Virus record (IMG/VR): IMGVR_UViG_3300020379_000624
Location: 1 to 26,383 of that record
Source of the DNA: a virus
Taxonomy: Duplodnaviria > Caudoviricetes
Length of the DNA: 26,383 nt
Strand: one strand, 5' to 3'
Below the pieces are notes generated by a model, which was not told where the DNA came from, ran no database searches, and worked only from the letters and a program-made list of their open reading frames with translations. Below, piece after piece: positions 1 to 5,900 of the stretch. Position 1 is the first letter of the stretch, and each line of letters starts with the position of its first letter. The translations under genes and the position numbers were made by a program.

Positions 1-487
1 CTGTTAATGGATCAGATATCGGGACACTTGTGTAACACTGTAGTTTGTAATCCTTTGGTTGTAGATGTTGTCGTTCAATCTGATCTACTGCATGATCGAA
101 ACACATGAACCAAGATAGATTAAACTTACCTGTTTTTGGTTCTAATCTCCATGGCATACTATTACATGGGAACAATTCGATCTTACTACATCTTGTGTGT
201 TTAACTCCTCTGTTCTTGGCGGATGTTCTCGTTTGTTTGGTTGACGTACTCGTCGTAGATTTGGTCGAAGTCCTTACCTTCTGACTCTGATTCGAGGTAG
301 TTGTTGATTTCTTCTGCTTTGATGTCGTAAGGGATTTTAGACCTTTGTTCAGATTCTGTTGTGTCTTCGACTTTACTGAGGACGATACTGTTTTCTTGGA
401 TCTTCCAGTCGATTTCTGTACCTTCGTCCCAACCGAGTTGGAGGATGATACTTTCTGGGATTTCGAGGAAGAGTTCTTCTGTTTCAT
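1..487 (-). CDS. Hypothetical protein, 3'-truncated at the window edge; Ser/Thr/Lys-rich basic N-terminal region plus small globular C-terminal domain; overlaps the AbrB-like gene in the +1 frame
   Basis: Hand translation from ATG at 487 gives 162 codons with no stop before the window edge: MKQKNSSSKSQKVSSSNSVGTKVQKSTGRSKKTVSSSVKSKTQQNLNKGLKSLTTSKQKKSTTTSNQSQKVRTSTKSTTSTSTKQTRTSAKNRGVKHTRCSKIELFPCNSMPWRLEPKTGKFNLSWFMCFDHAVDQIERQHLQPKDYKLQCYTSVPISDPLT. Absent from the ORF track, presumably because it has no stop in the window. A shorter in-frame alternative start exists at ATG 157. Confidence 0.7.
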   Translation of the reverse strand, partial: MKQKNSSSKSQKVSSSNSVGTKVQKSTGRSKKTVSSSVKSKTQQNLNKGLKSLTTSKQKKSTTTSNQSQKVRTSTKSTTSTSTKQTRTSAKNRGVKHTRCSKIELFPCNSMPWRLEPKTGKFNLSWFMCFDHAVDQIERQHLQPKDYKLQCYTSVPISDPLT

Positions 488-515
488 CTGTTCCGATAAT
501 AGTGAGTAATTCCAT
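201..515 (-). CDS. AbrB/MazE/SpoVT-like swapped-hairpin DNA-binding domain protein with acidic C-terminal tail
   Basis: LFLEIPESIILQLGWDEGTEIDWKIQENSIVLSK fits the AbrB/MazE pattern (l.IP..i...LG...G..v........i.l). The start overlaps the upstream stop (TAATG). Confidence 0.75.
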   Translation of the reverse strand: MELLTIIGTDETEELFLEIPESIILQLGWDEGTEIDWKIQENSIVLSKVEDTTESEQRSKIPYDIKAEEINNYLESESEGKDFDQIYDEYVNQTNENIRQEQRS

Positions 516-1195
516 TAGTCAATATACCCATTCTTTTTTAACCATTCACCAGTCATAGGGGTCGGATCATAATCTGTCCACATTGACTTGTTAGCACACG
601 ATTGTAATGCTTTCATAGTCATACCCTCTGTTCTACCTGCCCATTGCGCTTCTGCTTCCCATGGTACACTTGCTTCAGGATATGTACGCTCTGCTAGGAC
701 TCTCCATAGCATTGGTACACTCTCTTCAGGAAGAATAATAGCAATCATACTATTGTCAATGGTGCCTGCCATACAATCTTGCGCGGCATGCCATCCTTCG
801 TGACGCATCAACATCATCAAAGTACCAGGATCACCCATGTAATCCCTGTTCAAATAGAAGTTGTTGGATACTGTGTGATAGACACCACGATGACCTTCAG
901 GGAAATAGTATTCATCAGCAAGATATACTTTGACACCAATTTGATTCAGTGTCATCAACATCATGTTGAATTCTGCTGCATACGGTGTGAATGCTTCCAT
1001 ATTAGGATACTCATGTGAGATATCCAATAGGGTGAACACTTCATCAACGTCTTCCTTACACTCACGTAGCATCATACAACCCATAGAGTCATATGATTTG
1101 AAACCTTGTGTGATCTTGCTTTCATTAGCAAATACTGCTGCTGTTGCCATTGTAGCAGCAATACCTGCTGCGTACATCATCTTACGTAAGACCAT
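515..1195 (-). CDS. Putative exported zinc metallopeptidase (HExxH zincin)
   Basis: N-terminal Sec-type signal peptide (MVLRKMMYAAGIAATMATAAVFA), HEGWH motif in MRHEGWHAAQDC, and downstream WEAEA as a candidate third zinc ligand. Confidence 0.7.
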   Translation of the reverse strand: MVLRKMMYAAGIAATMATAAVFANESKITQGFKSYDSMGCMMLRECKEDVDEVFTLLDISHEYPNMEAFTPYAAEFNMMLMTLNQIGVKVYLADEYYFPEGHRGVYHTVSNNFYLNRDYMGDPGTLMMLMRHEGWHAAQDCMAGTIDNSMIAIILPEESVPMLWRVLAERTYPEASVPWEAEAQWAGRTEGMTMKALQSCANKSMWTDYDPTPMTGEWLKKNGYID

Positions 1196-1328
1196 TGTTC
1201 TTGTTTTCCTGTCGAATCCTGTGCAAAATACCTTCAGCTAATGCATGATCATCATTGTTCAATGCTTCCATATACTGGATGATTAGATCACGCATTTCAT
1301 CACTCACAACATACTCTTCTTCACTCAT
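1182..1328 (-). CDS. Small acidic hypothetical protein (48 aa), not in ORF track
   Basis: MSEEEYVVSDEMRDLIIQYMEALNNDDHALAEGILHRIRQENKNNGLT*. ATGA overlap with the stop of 1325..1573, and it fills the gap to the peptidase gene. Confidence 0.75.
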   Translation of the reverse strand: MSEEEYVVSDEMRDLIIQYMEALNNDDHALAEGILHRIRQENKNNGLT

Positions 1329-1573
1329 TCTTCTTCCATTGACATATACAGACGGAGCAGTTCTTCCTCATTATAAAATGTGGTTACTTCATCCTCCATG
1401 TTATCAGGATCCATCCATTCAAAGAACTCATCTGCGAGTGACATAGCATTGTCAATCTCATCGTTCTCCATGAAATGCCTGAAGCGTGTTACTACCCAAT
1501 CATAAATGTCATCACGTTGTGCGGACAGACGATTGACAGTAGCAGCATCGTCAGTAATGTTGAAGTCGTTCAT
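1325..1573 (-). CDS. Acidic hypothetical protein (82 aa)
   Basis: Open frame with ATGA coupling at both ends; helical, acidic composition typical of small cyanophage ORFs. Confidence 0.75.
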   Translation of the reverse strand: MNDFNITDDAATVNRLSAQRDDIYDWVVTRFRHFMENDEIDNAMSLADEFFEWMDPDNMEDEVTTFYNEEELLRLYMSMEEE

Positions 1574-1818
1574 AGTTTGTTCGCGAAGAGAACGTTAGCA
1601 AGGTGATCGTACTGGATGAATTCTACATCCTTGGGTAGCATACTAGCAGCGGCAGCAGCAAAGTCGTTAGGAAACTTCTTAAACATACGCCAATACTTCT
1701 CAATACCCTCATCATCTAAGTCAGCATGCGGTAGCACACGGATCTCGAACTCTCCACGAGTATATCTGCTAGGATATGGTTGGATGTACTCTTTGATGTG
1801 TTCAGCGAGCATGTTCAT
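1570..1818 (-). CDS. Hypothetical protein (82 aa)
   Basis: Open frame with 4-nt overlaps to both neighbours. Confidence 0.75.
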   Translation of the reverse strand: MNMLAEHIKEYIQPYPSRYTRGEFEIRVLPHADLDDEGIEKYWRMFKKFPNDFAAAAASMLPKDVEFIQYDHLANVLFANKL

Positions 1819-2045
1819 TTTACAAATACCTCATTGTTGTGTTCAATAGTGAGAGATTGCATATCTTGGAGCATCTTGCACATATATGCAACATACTCTA
1901 CATCCTCATCACAGGGATTAAAATCATAACTACTGTCCCAATCGACAGTGTTATCTTCAAACACGGGAGCACCAAACATATAACCTTCGTCATCAATAGC
2001 ATATGCGTTGCCATCAGCAACGATATAGAAATTAGGAACAGTCAT
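1815..2045 (-). CDS. Acidic hypothetical protein (76 aa)
   Basis: Open frame immediately downstream of a sigma70-type promoter; first gene of a translationally coupled run. Confidence 0.75.
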   Translation of the reverse strand: MTVPNFYIVADGNAYAIDDEGYMFGAPVFEDNTVDWDSSYDFNPCDEDVEYVAYMCKMLQDMQSLTIEHNNEVFVK

Positions 2046-2075
2046 GGTTGAGGAAAAGAAATTGGATCTGAATAC

Positions 2076-2104
2076 AGTGTACTATGTATGTGGGAGTTTG
2101 TCAA
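2076..2104 (-). promoter_or_regulatory. Host-like sigma70 promoter
   Basis: Minus strand TTGACA (2104-2099), 17-nt spacer, TACACT (2081-2076), about 30 nt upstream of ATG 2045. Confidence 0.8.
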
Positions 2105-2394
2105 CCACAGTAATCATCAATTAGATCAGGTGCTGGGCGACTGGTCGGTTTGAATGGTGATGATTCAATAGAACTAGTAGAGTTAAGCAATGCTTCACGC
2201 AACACTGGTGCTACATTATCAAATGCTTTGATGCATTTCTTGCCTTCAGCATCTGCCATGAGATAGTTTTCCTCTACAAGCATCTTTACGAAGCGCATAG
2301 CAGTGATGCAACGTTGCAAGTCATCTGACTTGAGTTTGGGTTTCTTTCCAGATGATTGCAGGAAAGTGAAATCTTTTGCAGTGACGAGAGTCAT
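2101..2394 (-). CDS. Hypothetical protein (97 aa)
   Basis: Open frame filling the space between neighbours on the coding strand; no recognisable motif. Confidence 0.7.
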   Translation of the reverse strand: MTLVTAKDFTFLQSSGKKPKLKSDDLQRCITAMRFVKMLVEENYLMADAEGKKCIKAFDNVAPVLREALLNSTSSIESSPFKPTSRPAPDLIDDYCG

Positions 2395-2430
2395 GATAAT
2401 GAAACAGTGTTGTGTGTTAGTAAATGTGGT

Positions 2431-2871
2431 TCAACTCATGTAGAGGTAACCACCTGCCCAATCGCAGTTTTCAAGAACATACTCACGATCTTTGATGATA
2501 CGCAAGTCGTAACGAACGTACTTAGCAGGACCTTTCCATCCTGCTGGTTTGTATACTTCACCTGTCTTTTTGTCAACAAATGCGTGTACACTACGCTGAT
2601 TGCTCACCATCACAATCTTGTGATACTTACGACCTGTTTCAAGAACAAAGTCATAGTCACTGATACCACTCTTCAACTTTTCAATCGCTTCAGTGTGGTA
2701 TGTGCTGGAAGGATCCTGCAGAAGTGAACGCTTATGCATCTTGATTGAATGGTTGATGAAGTCCATACGGAGTGCTTCACACAATGCTAGAGTGTGACCG
2801 AGAACTGCTTTCTCGATATCCTTACGTGCTTCAGCAGATGCAGCGTATTCAGCGAATGTGGTGGTGGTCAT
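2431..2871 (-). CDS. Conserved phage hypothetical protein (146 aa), early class
   Basis: Contains ETGRKYHKIVM...SVHAFVDKKTGEVYKPAGWKGPAKYVRYDL, a motif I recognise from T4-like cyanophage hypothetical proteins. Directly downstream of a dyad-type promoter. Confidence 0.85.
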   Translation of the reverse strand: MTTTTFAEYAASAEARKDIEKAVLGHTLALCEALRMDFINHSIKMHKRSLLQDPSSTYHTEAIEKLKSGISDYDFVLETGRKYHKIVMVSNQRSVHAFVDKKTGEVYKPAGWKGPAKYVRYDLRIIKDREYVLENCDWAGGYLYMS

Positions 2872-2895
2872 GGTGTCTCTTGTGTTGATGAACTT

Positions 2896-2953
2896 ATTAT
2901 AGCAAGGATCACGCCTTGCGGATCTCCCCGCGTACCACTACGTCAGCTGGCAC
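2896..2953 (-). promoter_or_regulatory. Dyad + Pribnow (putative early) promoter, copy B
   Basis: Minus strand GTGCCAG-CTGACGTA-GTGGTAC starts 52 nt before TATAAT (2901-2896), followed by leader AAGTTCATCAACACAAGAGACACC-ATG. Confidence 0.75.
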
Positions 2954-3160
2954 ACGAGAGATTGTGTAGCGACGGATTTGCTGGGAGAATGGACGCCATG
3001 CATCAACGGTCTCGTTCACGATGCGGTTGTGCTGACGATCCATGCCCTTAGCAGTGGTGCATTTGCCTTCCTTGCGGAAGTAAACGATGGGGTGCTGCGG
3101 AGCATCCACGGTGTCAATCTCGATTTTGTAGAAGGAGTGCTTGACGGTGGTCGTGGTCAT
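2909..3160 (-). CDS. Hypothetical protein (83 aa; start revised from 3205 to ATG 3160)
   Basis: ATG 3160 (MTTTTVKHSFYKIE...) follows a -10 box and an AAGG-containing leader. The track's longer start runs through the promoter. Confidence 0.8.
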   Translation of the reverse strand: MTTTTVKHSFYKIEIDTVDAPQHPIVYFRKEGKCTTAKGMDRQHNRIVNETVDAWRPFSQQIRRYTISRVPADVVVRGEIRKA

Positions 3161-3181
3161 GAGTGCCTTGCTGATGAACTT

Positions 3182-3239
3182 AGTATAGAGCAGAATGGGG
3201 ATCAAACCATACGGACGTGGACACTGTGTGTACCGTCCT
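3182..3239 (-). promoter_or_regulatory. Dyad + Pribnow (putative early) promoter, copy C
   Basis: Minus strand AGGACGG-TACACACA-GTGTCCAC starts 52 nt before TATACT (3187-3182), followed by leader AAGTTCATCAGCAAGGCACTC-ATG. Confidence 0.7.
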
Positions 3240-3363
3240 TGTTCATTTGACGAGTGTACAAGTCGTTATGGATACTACGAGCAAGTGCTTCCTCCATCGT
3301 TTGATAGCACACTTCACCCTCTTCAGGAGTGACAGCAGTGATCTCGTAATACTCGTGTTGCAT
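3202..3363 (-). CDS. Small hypothetical protein (53 aa), not in ORF track
   Basis: MQHEYYEITAVTPEEGEVCYQTMEEALARSIHNDLYTRQMNKDGTHSVHVRMV*. GAGG Shine-Dalgarno-like sequence 4 nt before ATG, with its own promoter upstream. Confidence 0.8.
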   Translation of the reverse strand: MQHEYYEITAVTPEEGEVCYQTMEEALARSIHNDLYTRQMNKDGTHSVHVRMV

Positions 3364-3385
3364 GGTGCCTCGTGTTGATGTCCAT

Positions 3386-3442
3386 AGTATAGCGTCTCTA
3401 GGACGGCAAACCCATCATACGGGTCAGTTCATCAACTGTCAC
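3386..3442 (-). promoter_or_regulatory. Dyad + Pribnow (putative early) promoter, copy D
   Basis: Minus strand GTGACAG-TTGATGAA-CTGACCC starts 51 nt before TATACT (3391-3386), followed by leader ATGGACATCAACACGAGGCACC-ATG. Confidence 0.75.
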
Positions 3443-3583
3443 CTCCAGTTCTGCTGCTTTCAGTTCCAATGCCATCATACCAGCAGTGTCATCATCACTC
3501 ATATCCATTTCTTCCATATCAGTGTGCTTAATCATTTTGTCAAACAACATGTTGACGAAGTTGCGATCTTCTTGTGTGATCAT
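3398..3583 (-). CDS. Small hypothetical protein (61 aa)
   Basis: Open frame; the ALELKAAELEVTVDE motif resembles small cyanophage early ORFs. Confidence 0.75.
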   Translation of the reverse strand: MITQEDRNFVNMLFDKMIKHTDMEEMDMSDDDTAGMMALELKAAELEVTVDELTRMMGLPS

Positions 3584-3743
3584 TGTTCAGTTGGGAGAGA
3601 AGGTGATTGTACAATTCTGCAGCATCAGTATTATAATGTGCAGAATATTGTTTTGTATAACGTGCAGGACAACCCATCATAGTATCCAACATAAATCGGA
3701 TCTGAGAGGGAGTCAGTGGCACGTCAGTGTATTTTATTGTCAT
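3540..3743 (-). CDS. Hypothetical protein (67 aa; start revised to ATG 3743)
   Basis: MTIKYTDVPLTPSQIRFMLD... starts immediately after an intergenic hairpin and overlaps the next gene by 44 nt. Confidence 0.65.
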   Translation of the reverse strand: MTIKYTDVPLTPSQIRFMLDTMMGCPARYTKQYSAHYNTDAAELYNHLLSQLNNDHTRRSQLRQHVV

Positions 3744-3744
3744 A

Positions 3745-3779
3745 GTGTCTTGAGAGGGGTTACAGACCCCTCTGGACAC
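3745..3779. other. Intergenic GC-rich stem-loop
   Basis: Perfect 8-bp stem agaggggt (3753-3760) / acccctct (3766-3773) with a 5-nt loop, extendable by gtgtc/gacac. No U-tract on the coding strand. Confidence 0.65.
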
Positions 3780-3782
3780 CAA

Positions 3783-4025
3783 TCAGCATGCCATAGGGGC
3801 GTATTCGGATCGTGGCATTTGCTCAGTATGGTAATCAGTGACGAAAGCACCGTTGCCGATACGCTCATTCCACTCATTACGTGCTGTAAGCATAGTCACG
3901 GTGCTGTAGGACTTGAGACCATTTGATTTCCAAGTAACACGCTTCTGAAAACGCTTAACGCCTTCATCAGCAATGTATGCCTCGGGAAAGAAATCGACGA
4001 CGGTGACGTTGCTTGTGAGTTGCAT
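3783..4025 (-). CDS. Hypothetical protein (80 aa; start revised from 4100 to ATG 4025)
   Basis: MQLTSNVTVVDFFPEAYIAD...; AAGGGA upstream of the ATG. The track's longer start runs through the promoter. Confidence 0.8.
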   Translation of the reverse strand: MQLTSNVTVVDFFPEAYIADEGVKRFQKRVTWKSNGLKSYSTVTMLTARNEWNERIGNGAFVTDYHTEQMPRSEYAPMAC

Positions 4026-4050
4026 GGGGTGTTCCCTTGACGACTTCTGT

Positions 4051-4107
4051 AGTATAGGGCAAATGGGTCCGCTGTGTGCGCGGAGTGGACAGTCCGTCAA
4101 CTGTCAC
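4051..4107 (-). promoter_or_regulatory. Dyad + Pribnow (putative early) promoter, copy A
   Basis: Minus strand GTGACAG-TTGACGGA-CTGTCCAC starts 51 nt before TATACT (4056-4051); fully intergenic. Confidence 0.8.
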
Positions 4108-4124
4108 CAAAGATCGGGATGATG

Positions 4125-4442
4125 TTAGTTTTTGCGTGTACGGTTTTGTTTATGTGCTGTTCCCACAGAGCGGCATCTTCCAAATTGTAGAAGATCGCTT
4201 GTTGGCGGGACGTGGATCCCTTCTTCTTGTTTTTCATCCAAACGACAGCGTATTTCATTCCAAAATGCAGGGTATACTAAAATGTTGACATAGTGACGAC
4301 CCCATCGTGAGTTTGCGGACTCAGGAAGAGGTTGATCAATGAAGCATATCGTTAGATATTCTTCACAGATGAAAGAGATGTAACCCTTGATACTATCGTA
4401 TTCAACGGGTTGTAGTAATTCAAAATCATCAATCGACTTCAT
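4125..4442 (-). CDS. Hypothetical protein (105 aa), small beta-rich (SH3-like?) domain
   Basis: VEYDSIKGYISFICEEYLTIC...VNILVYPAFWNEI pattern resembling conserved cyanophage hypotheticals. The fold call is inference. Confidence 0.75.
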   Translation of the reverse strand: MKSIDDFELLQPVEYDSIKGYISFICEEYLTICFIDQPLPESANSRWGRHYVNILVYPAFWNEIRCRLDEKQEEGIHVPPTSDLLQFGRCRSVGTAHKQNRTRKN

Positions 4443-4626
4443 CGAATAACTTGCGATCTTTGTTTTCTACTTTAGGGAGACGGAACATCTCCTTCAGATC
4501 ATTGAGATCATTGAGTTGCTTCTGCAGATTATCAATCTGACGCTGCAGAATTTCAAAGTTGCGGTCGTTGTTGTTTTGCAACATCAACATGTTGTTGATT
4601 GCTTGCTTGAAATCTTCTTCGTTCAT
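4429..4626 (-). CDS. Coiled-coil hypothetical protein (65 aa; start revised to ATG 4626)
   Basis: Heptad pattern FEILQRQIDNLQKQLNDLNDLKE. The ATG lies 1 nt after the upstream stop codon. Confidence 0.75.
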   Translation of the reverse strand: MNEEDFKQAINNMLMLQNNNDRNFEILQRQIDNLQKQLNDLNDLKEMFRLPKVENKDRKLFDEVD

Positions 4627-4627
4627 G

Positions 4628-4945
4628 TCAGTAGCGGGATGGAATTTTGTCGTAATGCCATTTTTCAGACAATTCTTGCATGTCATCTAGAAGGCGATGA
4701 CCCATCATGAGATGTTTAAGGTCATTCGCACGATCTAGACACTTCTGATGATATTGTATCACATCATCGACGCAAGATAGCATCTCCTCATATATTCTTC
4801 GAGGCGCGACTCTCTCATCTTGGAGGTAATCGTCGATAGCATCTTGCATGCGACATTTACGCTGCTTGGCGTACTCGTCCTCTGGTACATAGTTTTCATT
4901 TGTGAGAGTTGGGCGATTGTCCATGAAATGTTTTGGCGAAGTCAT
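4628..4945 (-). CDS. Helical hypothetical protein (105 aa)
   Basis: Open frame with TAATG coupling to the upstream gene. Confidence 0.75.
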   Translation of the reverse strand: MTSPKHFMDNRPTLTNENYVPEDEYAKQRKCRMQDAIDDYLQDERVAPRRIYEEMLSCVDDVIQYHQKCLDRANDLKHLMMGHRLLDDMQELSEKWHYDKIPSRY

Positions 4946-5136
4946 TAAGTCATTTCCTCATTCCTACGTTTATCAAGATAAGCAATGATTTCGCCACGCC
5001 ATTCTAGGAGTTCATGATAACATTGCTGATCATGTGCATCTTGACGAAGTTGATGGTCTGGTTTTAGTACACTTTCATAGAAAATGTAGAAGGCATCTTT
5101 ACGTTTCTCTTGTTTCGTGGTGCTGTTCCAGTCCAT
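4945..5136 (-). CDS. Conserved cyanophage-type hypothetical protein (63 aa)
   Basis: KQEKRKDAFYIFYESVLKPDHQLRQDAHDQQCYHELLEWR motif; GGAG upstream of the start. Confidence 0.8.
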   Translation of the reverse strand: MDWNSTTKQEKRKDAFYIFYESVLKPDHQLRQDAHDQQCYHELLEWRGEIIAYLDKRRNEEMT

Positions 5137-5228
5137 GGTTTTTGATCTGACTCCGTTATTTTATGTGATCGAGGGGGACAATGCAAGGGGTATTTCGATT
5201 TCTTTACAATCTCTTCAGGATTCATCAT
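5064..5228 (-). CDS. Possible small basic protein (54 aa, MMNPEEIVKKSKYPLHCPP...)
   Basis: Fills the 5137-5214 gap but overlaps the downstream gene by 73 nt; no recognisable motif. Confidence 0.35.
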   Translation of the reverse strand: MMNPEEIVKKSKYPLHCPPRSHKITESDQKPWTGTAPRNKRNVKMPSTFSMKVY

Positions 5229-5448
5229 CCACACGGTCAACTGATGCAATATCGCACACTGGGACCTCGTGCTCGCCACCAATCATGTACCAGTGCATTA
5301 ACTGTCCATGATACTCTGGATGAGCAGCATATTCTGTAGTATACTCACGTTCACCACAATATAGCAGTTCCGATTCAGGAATCGAATGCTCTCTGAGCAT
5401 TGCCTGTAACTGCATGTGCGTTAAATCACACTGTCTTGGCACTTTCAT
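5215..5448 (-). CDS. Conserved cyanophage-type hypothetical protein (77 aa)
   Basis: First ORF after a strong sigma70 promoter; LTHMQLQAMLREH...HWYMIGGEHEVPVCDI motif. Confidence 0.8.
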   Translation of the reverse strand: MKVPRQCDLTHMQLQAMLREHSIPESELLYCGEREYTTEYAAHPEYHGQLMHWYMIGGEHEVPVCDIASVDRVDDES

Positions 5449-5468
5449 GGTGAGTTGCGATTGATCAG

Positions 5469-5497
5469 ATCATACCACAATACCAATCTAGAGTCAA
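5469..5497 (-). promoter_or_regulatory. Host-like sigma70 promoter with extended -10
   Basis: Minus strand TTGACT (5497-5492), 17-nt spacer ending TGg, TATGAT (5474-5469), 20 nt upstream of ATG 5448. It marks the boundary between the structural module and the small-ORF region. Confidence 0.8.
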
Positions 5498-5898
5498 CCT
5501 CCAGCTGGTGGTTCGATTGGTTGACTATTAATGTATGGAATAGTGCCAGTAGGAGTAATCACATACGCTTTGATGTGATGATCTTCATCTGGTAAATTCT
5601 GTGGTTGTGGGAACCAATCAAAACAATTATCTACAGCGACTTGCTGACTGTTAAAGAAGTAGAATAAATCCTTTGCTTCAAATACAGCATCAATCTCTGC
5701 TTCTGGGATGATCCAATTAGCAATCTCAGCATCATTTGGATCTTGATCCACATAGTATGCCTTTACAGTTGCTTTCTTCTCATCAGATAGAGCATGATAC
5801 GCATGGTTATCAATAACCAATACGTATTTGTTCTCATTCTTAGCGATACGAGCACACACTTCGTAGGTAGTATGTGGATTGAGTGAAATTAGTGCCAT
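5494..5898 (-). CDS. Hypothetical protein (134 aa), last gene of the tail-fibre module
   Basis: Open frame starting 2 nt after the chaperone-gene stop; GGAG Shine-Dalgarno-like sequence upstream. Confidence 0.8.
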   Translation of the reverse strand: MALISLNPHTTYEVCARIAKNENKYVLVIDNHAYHALSDEKKATVKAYYVDQDPNDAEIANWIIPEAEIDAVFEAKDLFYFFNSQQVAVDNCFDWFPQPQNLPDEDHHIKAYVITPTGTIPYINSQPIEPPAGG

Positions 5899-5900
5899 TA

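Noticed and set aside
488-517. The peptidase stop (TAA 517-515) is in frame with the hidden basic ORF, with no further stop before ATG 487, so readthrough would fuse them
   Set aside because: TAA is rarely read through, it overlaps the AbrB-like ATG in a standard coupling arrangement, and only nine open codons are needed, which is compatible with chance.
2896-4107. Spaced repeats considered as a CRISPR-like array or integron attC sites
   Set aside because: The copies are degenerate, irregularly spaced by whole genes and consistently tied to -10 boxes. No cas or integrase gene is in the window.
3160-4686. Longer N-terminal extensions in the ORF track (starts at 3205, 3782, 4100, 4686)
   Set aside because: They run through promoters, the hairpin or the upstream gene; downstream ATGs have better context.
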